In this document: positions 61,501-64,000 of the stretch, one piece after another
How the letters are laid out: each line of letters opens with the position of its first letter
Numbering within the stretch: the stretch's first letter is position 1
Source of the DNA: an uncultured Gemmatimonadales bacterium
GTDB taxonomy: Bacteria; Gemmatimonadota; Gemmatimonadetes; Gemmatimonadales; GWC2-71-9
Direction: 5' to 3'
DNA length: 64,000 bases
Assembly: GCA_963695555.1 (NCBI GenBank)
Contig: CAVOGR010000001.1
Location: 864,001 to 928,000, forward strand
Notes under the pieces: generated by a model
The model's database searches: none
Seen by the model: the letters and a program-made list of their open reading frames with translations, nothing else
What the model was told of the DNA's origin: nothing
Made by a program: the position numbers and the translations under genes

Positions 61501-62053
61501 CGGTCTCCTCGAGCCGCCGCTCGGTGCTGTGTTTTCGGTCGCGATAGAGTCCGATGCCGGCCGCTTCTTCGAACAACGACCGGCGCTCGTCCGCCCGATC
61601 GGAGAGGAGGAGGTCGATCATCTTCGCTTCGATCACGACACCCGCATCGCTCCCCAGGCCCGTGCCGCGGAGCAGGTCGTGAATGTCGCGCAACCGGACG
61701 GGGGTCTTGTTGAGCAAGTACTCGCTCTGCCCCGAGCGCGACAGCCGGCGGGTGATTTGAACCTCCCGGTACGCGATGGGCAGGTCGCCATCCGTGTTGT
61801 CCAAGTACAGCGAGACTTCGGTGACGTTGATCGGCCGGCGTGTCGCGGCACCCTGAAAGATGACGTCTTCCATTTTGGCGCCGCGGAGTAAACGTGCCGA
61901 TTGCGAGCCGAGTACCCAGCGCATGGCGTCCGATACATTCGACTTGCCGCATCCATTGGGGCCGACGATAGCGGTCACCCCGTCCTCGAACGGGAGGGTG
62001 ATCGTGTCGGCAAACGACTTGAAGCCGGAAAGCTCCAGCTTGGTGAGCCTCAT
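58568..62053 (-). CDS. smc: Chromosome segregation protein SMC
   Basis: GFKSF, GPNGCGKSN, coiled coils with hinge, GPVN..A.EE, LSSGE, MDEVDAPLD, ITH. Confidence 0.96.
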   Translation of the reverse strand: MRLTKLELSGFKSFADTITLPFEDGVTAIVGPNGCGKSNVSDAMRWVLGSQSARLLRGAKMEDVIFQGAATRRPINVTEVSLYLDNTDGDLPIAYREVQITRRLSRSGQSEYLLNKTPVRLRDIHDLLRGTGLGSDAGVVIEAKMIDLLLSDRADERRSLFEEAAGIGLYRDRKHSTERRLEETGIDLQRVEDLIAEVQTQIRSLARQRGKAERHTKLMAEKLAVDVTLARKKLEQLRQAAAGMEARHAELEVLVPEARATLGARERHREACAARRTANETQRTEVARRLTAASVDVGRLDGDLALARERLANAAARRERLEAERADLESRALVAERERETASQHLQEAALEHDRIHGELTTRTSAEDAVRQRLGEQRDNVRQLEERLHQQVQTHRSLEGEHSALEGDLATLREQLSQATTRHSATEAELGTIERRRAEASSEADRRVERAREAASDAERGRHLVAEAREQEALARADRRRAEESLAQITARRQALEELERDRVGLAPGAAALLGARARFGDAVLGPLSDFIRTSQDDAKLAERLLGEWMHAVLIRDAASLPAIQAWHASSKGSTVVLLPADQVPPVPASGQPLDNRLHIEDRAAARWVEAILGGAEVLDDAGEVVRHPTGAIVLSAPAGPTGPLQRRAELDALVQVAAAATLSLTTAESTVAAAVSRITSREAALAQATQTMEEAREEERRGIATREDLIRLAAGLERELATAETELGRVGERLHRAETRLAEIDQELTSGAVGRARLEEDLGAARARLNELETELESAREGRVHWQVQIAHIDARQRASREAAERLARERAEADSSAKALTDELHRIDSDTERLTAQQAEWEEAKAEGRVAVLELETATAEAEATFSGADAELTLAEEALGAARREAEALNEELHALRLEAAEVGAERRRITERVETEWKRPLDTLSEDVELLDLDLETLEAEAERIRETLETIGPVNPLAMEEHAEEVKRFEFLQTQRDDLVSARRSLLQAIREIDTTARTMFLETFHAVQQNFSKVFQTLFGGGECSLSLAELDDPLESEIEIHAAPRGKRTQRIHLLSSGERTLVAVSLLFSIYLTKPSPFCLMDEVDAPLDDANVGRFTRLLDEFKQTSQFIVITHNPRTMQAADAVYGVTMQEPGVSSVVGVRLGEHQAVEAVA

Positions 62054-62117
62054 AGGGGGGGTCCGGTTTCGGTGTCAGCGGACGCACACGGGGAGTGGGC
62101 CGGAGCGGGTCTCGCGG

Positions 62118-63497
62118 TCACGGCGTGCGCGGTTGGTAGATGAAGTACGGGGCACCCAGCTCGCGGCCCACGGAGTCCGCCTCCTCGCGGGTGAGGTACG
62201 GGCCGATGACAACGCGATACCCTTCGTCGCCTTGGCGCGGAGCCATGACGGAGGCGGACAGTCCCGCGGCACTCAACCGAGCGGCGAAATCCTCCGCCCA
62301 CTTGGGGTTCTGCGAGCTGCTCACTTGCAAGTAGATGCGCGGTCTGTCCCCACCCTCATCGGCCTGGTCGTCTTCGGGCGTCTCGTCGGGCCCGCTCGGC
62401 GCTTCGGGAGACCAACCGAGCGGTAGGTAGAAGTCGACGGCCCCATGCGCGATCCTCTGCACCTCCGGGAAGAGTTCGTCGGTCAAGTCGAGCGCCACGA
62501 CGTCGTCGCCCTGCCTGGCCAGCGCGATGTCGCCGATAATAACCGGGAGGTCATCGGCCCAGGCTCCGGCGATCGTTCCCAGGTATTTTCCTGCCGCCAC
62601 GTCCACCAGCCAGATCGAATCGACACCTGCCGGACGCGCCATCAGCCACCCGCCGTAAAGCGACGAGCGGAGAGCCTGCGGAGCACCGGGCAGCGAAATG
62701 CGGCCGATGGTCTTCTCGGCGTCCCGATCGACTTCCACCAGGCGCTTGGCGGAACCGGAGACATAGATCCGGTTTCCCGCAGGCGAAAAGGCAACCGCTC
62801 GAGCGGCGCCCGGGATGTCGATGGTTCGCGGCGGACGGTCATCCTTGGGGTTCAGTACGACGAGCGTGCTGTCCGCCGCGATGGCGAGGAGATCGCCCCA
62901 GGAGCTGACGGCGGTGGGGCCGTCGGGCAGATCGACCACGGAGGGGTCGGTGTCGGGCCGCACGACCGCCAGCCGCTGCGGCGCTCCAGTGAGTACGGCC
63001 ACCACATCGTGTTGCAGGGTTCCGAACAAGCGCTGCGGTGTACCGACCATCTTCCGGCCCCACCGAGACGGCGTGCGGCGGTGGAGTTCGGTGACCGAGC
63101 TGTCGGTCCCAACGGCAAACAGCGTACCGTCGGGTGCCAGGAAGGCGTCGTAGACGTCCTCCACAAACACGCTCACCTTGCCGGTCTCCAGGTCCAGACC
63201 GACAATGTGCTTGTCGCGATCGAGGGCGAACACCAGCCGCTGGTCCAGGTCGGTCCCGATGGGCCGGCGCAAGGCCGGCAGGGCGTCGGGTGTGCGGGCC
63301 CACGGGACCTCGGCCAGCGTGGGGGCCCGGTACAGCGTCGGAACCCCGCCATCGTCGGGCATCCGGAGCAGGGTGGTGCTTGCGGTAACCGGGGTGAGCG
63401 CGGCGAAGTCGCCGAGGGACTGCCCAGGCCGCTCGCCTCCGCATCCGGCGAGGGTCAAGAGCCCGCAGGCGGCGAGCGGAAGAAATCGTGTCGGCAC
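62118..63497 (-). CDS. Lipoprotein with putative beta-propeller and C-terminal SPOR domain
   Basis: Lipobox LAGC after GTG at 63497; AFSP.G.RIYV blades; YLQVSS...YRVVIGPY..REEA SPOR motif. Confidence 0.82.
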   Translation of the reverse strand: MPTRFLPLAACGLLTLAGCGGERPGQSLGDFAALTPVTASTTLLRMPDDGGVPTLYRAPTLAEVPWARTPDALPALRRPIGTDLDQRLVFALDRDKHIVGLDLETGKVSVFVEDVYDAFLAPDGTLFAVGTDSSVTELHRRTPSRWGRKMVGTPQRLFGTLQHDVVAVLTGAPQRLAVVRPDTDPSVVDLPDGPTAVSSWGDLLAIAADSTLVVLNPKDDRPPRTIDIPGAARAVAFSPAGNRIYVSGSAKRLVEVDRDAEKTIGRISLPGAPQALRSSLYGGWLMARPAGVDSIWLVDVAAGKYLGTIAGAWADDLPVIIGDIALARQGDDVVALDLTDELFPEVQRIAHGAVDFYLPLGWSPEAPSGPDETPEDDQADEGGDRPRIYLQVSSSQNPKWAEDFAARLSAAGLSASVMAPRQGDEGYRVVIGPYLTREEADSVGRELGAPYFIYQPRTP

Positions 63498-63577
63498 CGG
63501 CAAAAGATAGACGAGAACGCGGGCCACAGCCAGCCCGGACGGTGCCGGACGTGACCCGCGAAACCTGTCGGTTGCGG

Positions 63578-64000
63578 CTAGAAGGCCGGACCCAGGCTCA
63601 AAGTCCAGTAATTCCCGATGTTCCGGTCCAGCGGGAAGTTCCAATCGGCCCGTAGGATCAGGAAGTTGAAGAAGTTCATGCGGAGGGCGAGGCCCGCGGT
63701 GCTCAAGGGAGTTCGGACCCGAATCGGGTCGTCGCCTGCCTCGCGGCGGAACTTGAGAGAGCTGTTCTCGTTCCACGCCAAGCCCACGTCGTAGAACAGG
63801 GCGCCTTCGATGGGTGGCAGACCGCGCGGCACAAAACCCATGTCCGGCGTGAGAATGGGGAACCGGAGCTCGGCGCTGGCCACGGCCAGTTGGGTGCCCA
63901 GCATGCGGTCGAGTTCTGCGCACCCGGTCTCGGCCTGCAAATCGACCAGGGTGTTGCACTCGTTCCGGTAGTAGGAGCCCGACGTGTTGCCCCGCAACAG
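63578..64000 (-). CDS. C-terminus of an Omp85/BamA-TamA family outer-membrane protein (5' end outside the window)
   Basis: ASAELRFP, ALFYDVG.AW, G..LR, LRADW..P, terminal SLGPAF beta-signal. Confidence 0.8.
   Translation of the reverse strand: MLRGNTSGSYYRNECNTLVDLQAETGCAELDRMLGTQLAVASAELRFPILTPDMGFVPRGLPPIEGALFYDVGLAWNENSSLKFRREAGDDPIRVRTPLSTAGLALRMNFFNFLILRADWNFPLDRNIGNYWTLSLGPAF

Noticed and set aside
58568..62053. SMC-family defence ATPase (Wadjet JetC / Lamassu)
   Set aside because: Canonical housekeeping SMC motifs and no jetABD or effector genes adjacent.

Overview
GC-rich bacterial chromosomal segment, densely coding (about 57 CDS). The gene repertoire (Hanks kinases with TPR or Ig arms, short RpoD-type sigma factor, Omp85 and SPOR lipoproteins, YlbF beside prmC) suggests Gemmatimonadota; this is inference. 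Housekeeping blocks are rpmE-prfA-prmC-ylbF-tmk-ctpA, smc-aroF-lolA, arfB / larE-thpR-NtrX-like, rpoD-like-yajQ-spoIID, and a TetR-controlled TolC/HlyD/ABC exporter. They are interleaved with accessory signalling modules. I found no rRNA, tRNA, CRISPR array, integrase or transposase. Four genes carry single-base indels (sensor kinase, M23 peptidase, Ser/Thr kinase, and about 8 in the M16 peptidase), most likely sequencing or assembly errors. The most interesting candidates are: (1) a three-gene unit behind a sigma-54-type promoter that couples an orphan GspG-like pseudopilin to a membrane HAMP-GAF-HD-GYP phosphodiesterase and a small membrane-anchored protein; (2) tandem Lnb-like (DUF4105) and Lnt lipoprotein N-acyltransferases; (3) a Ser/Thr kinase with Ig repeats, an outer-membrane barrel and a globin in one tightly packed unit. 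All calls rest on motif recognition by eye; no database searches were run.
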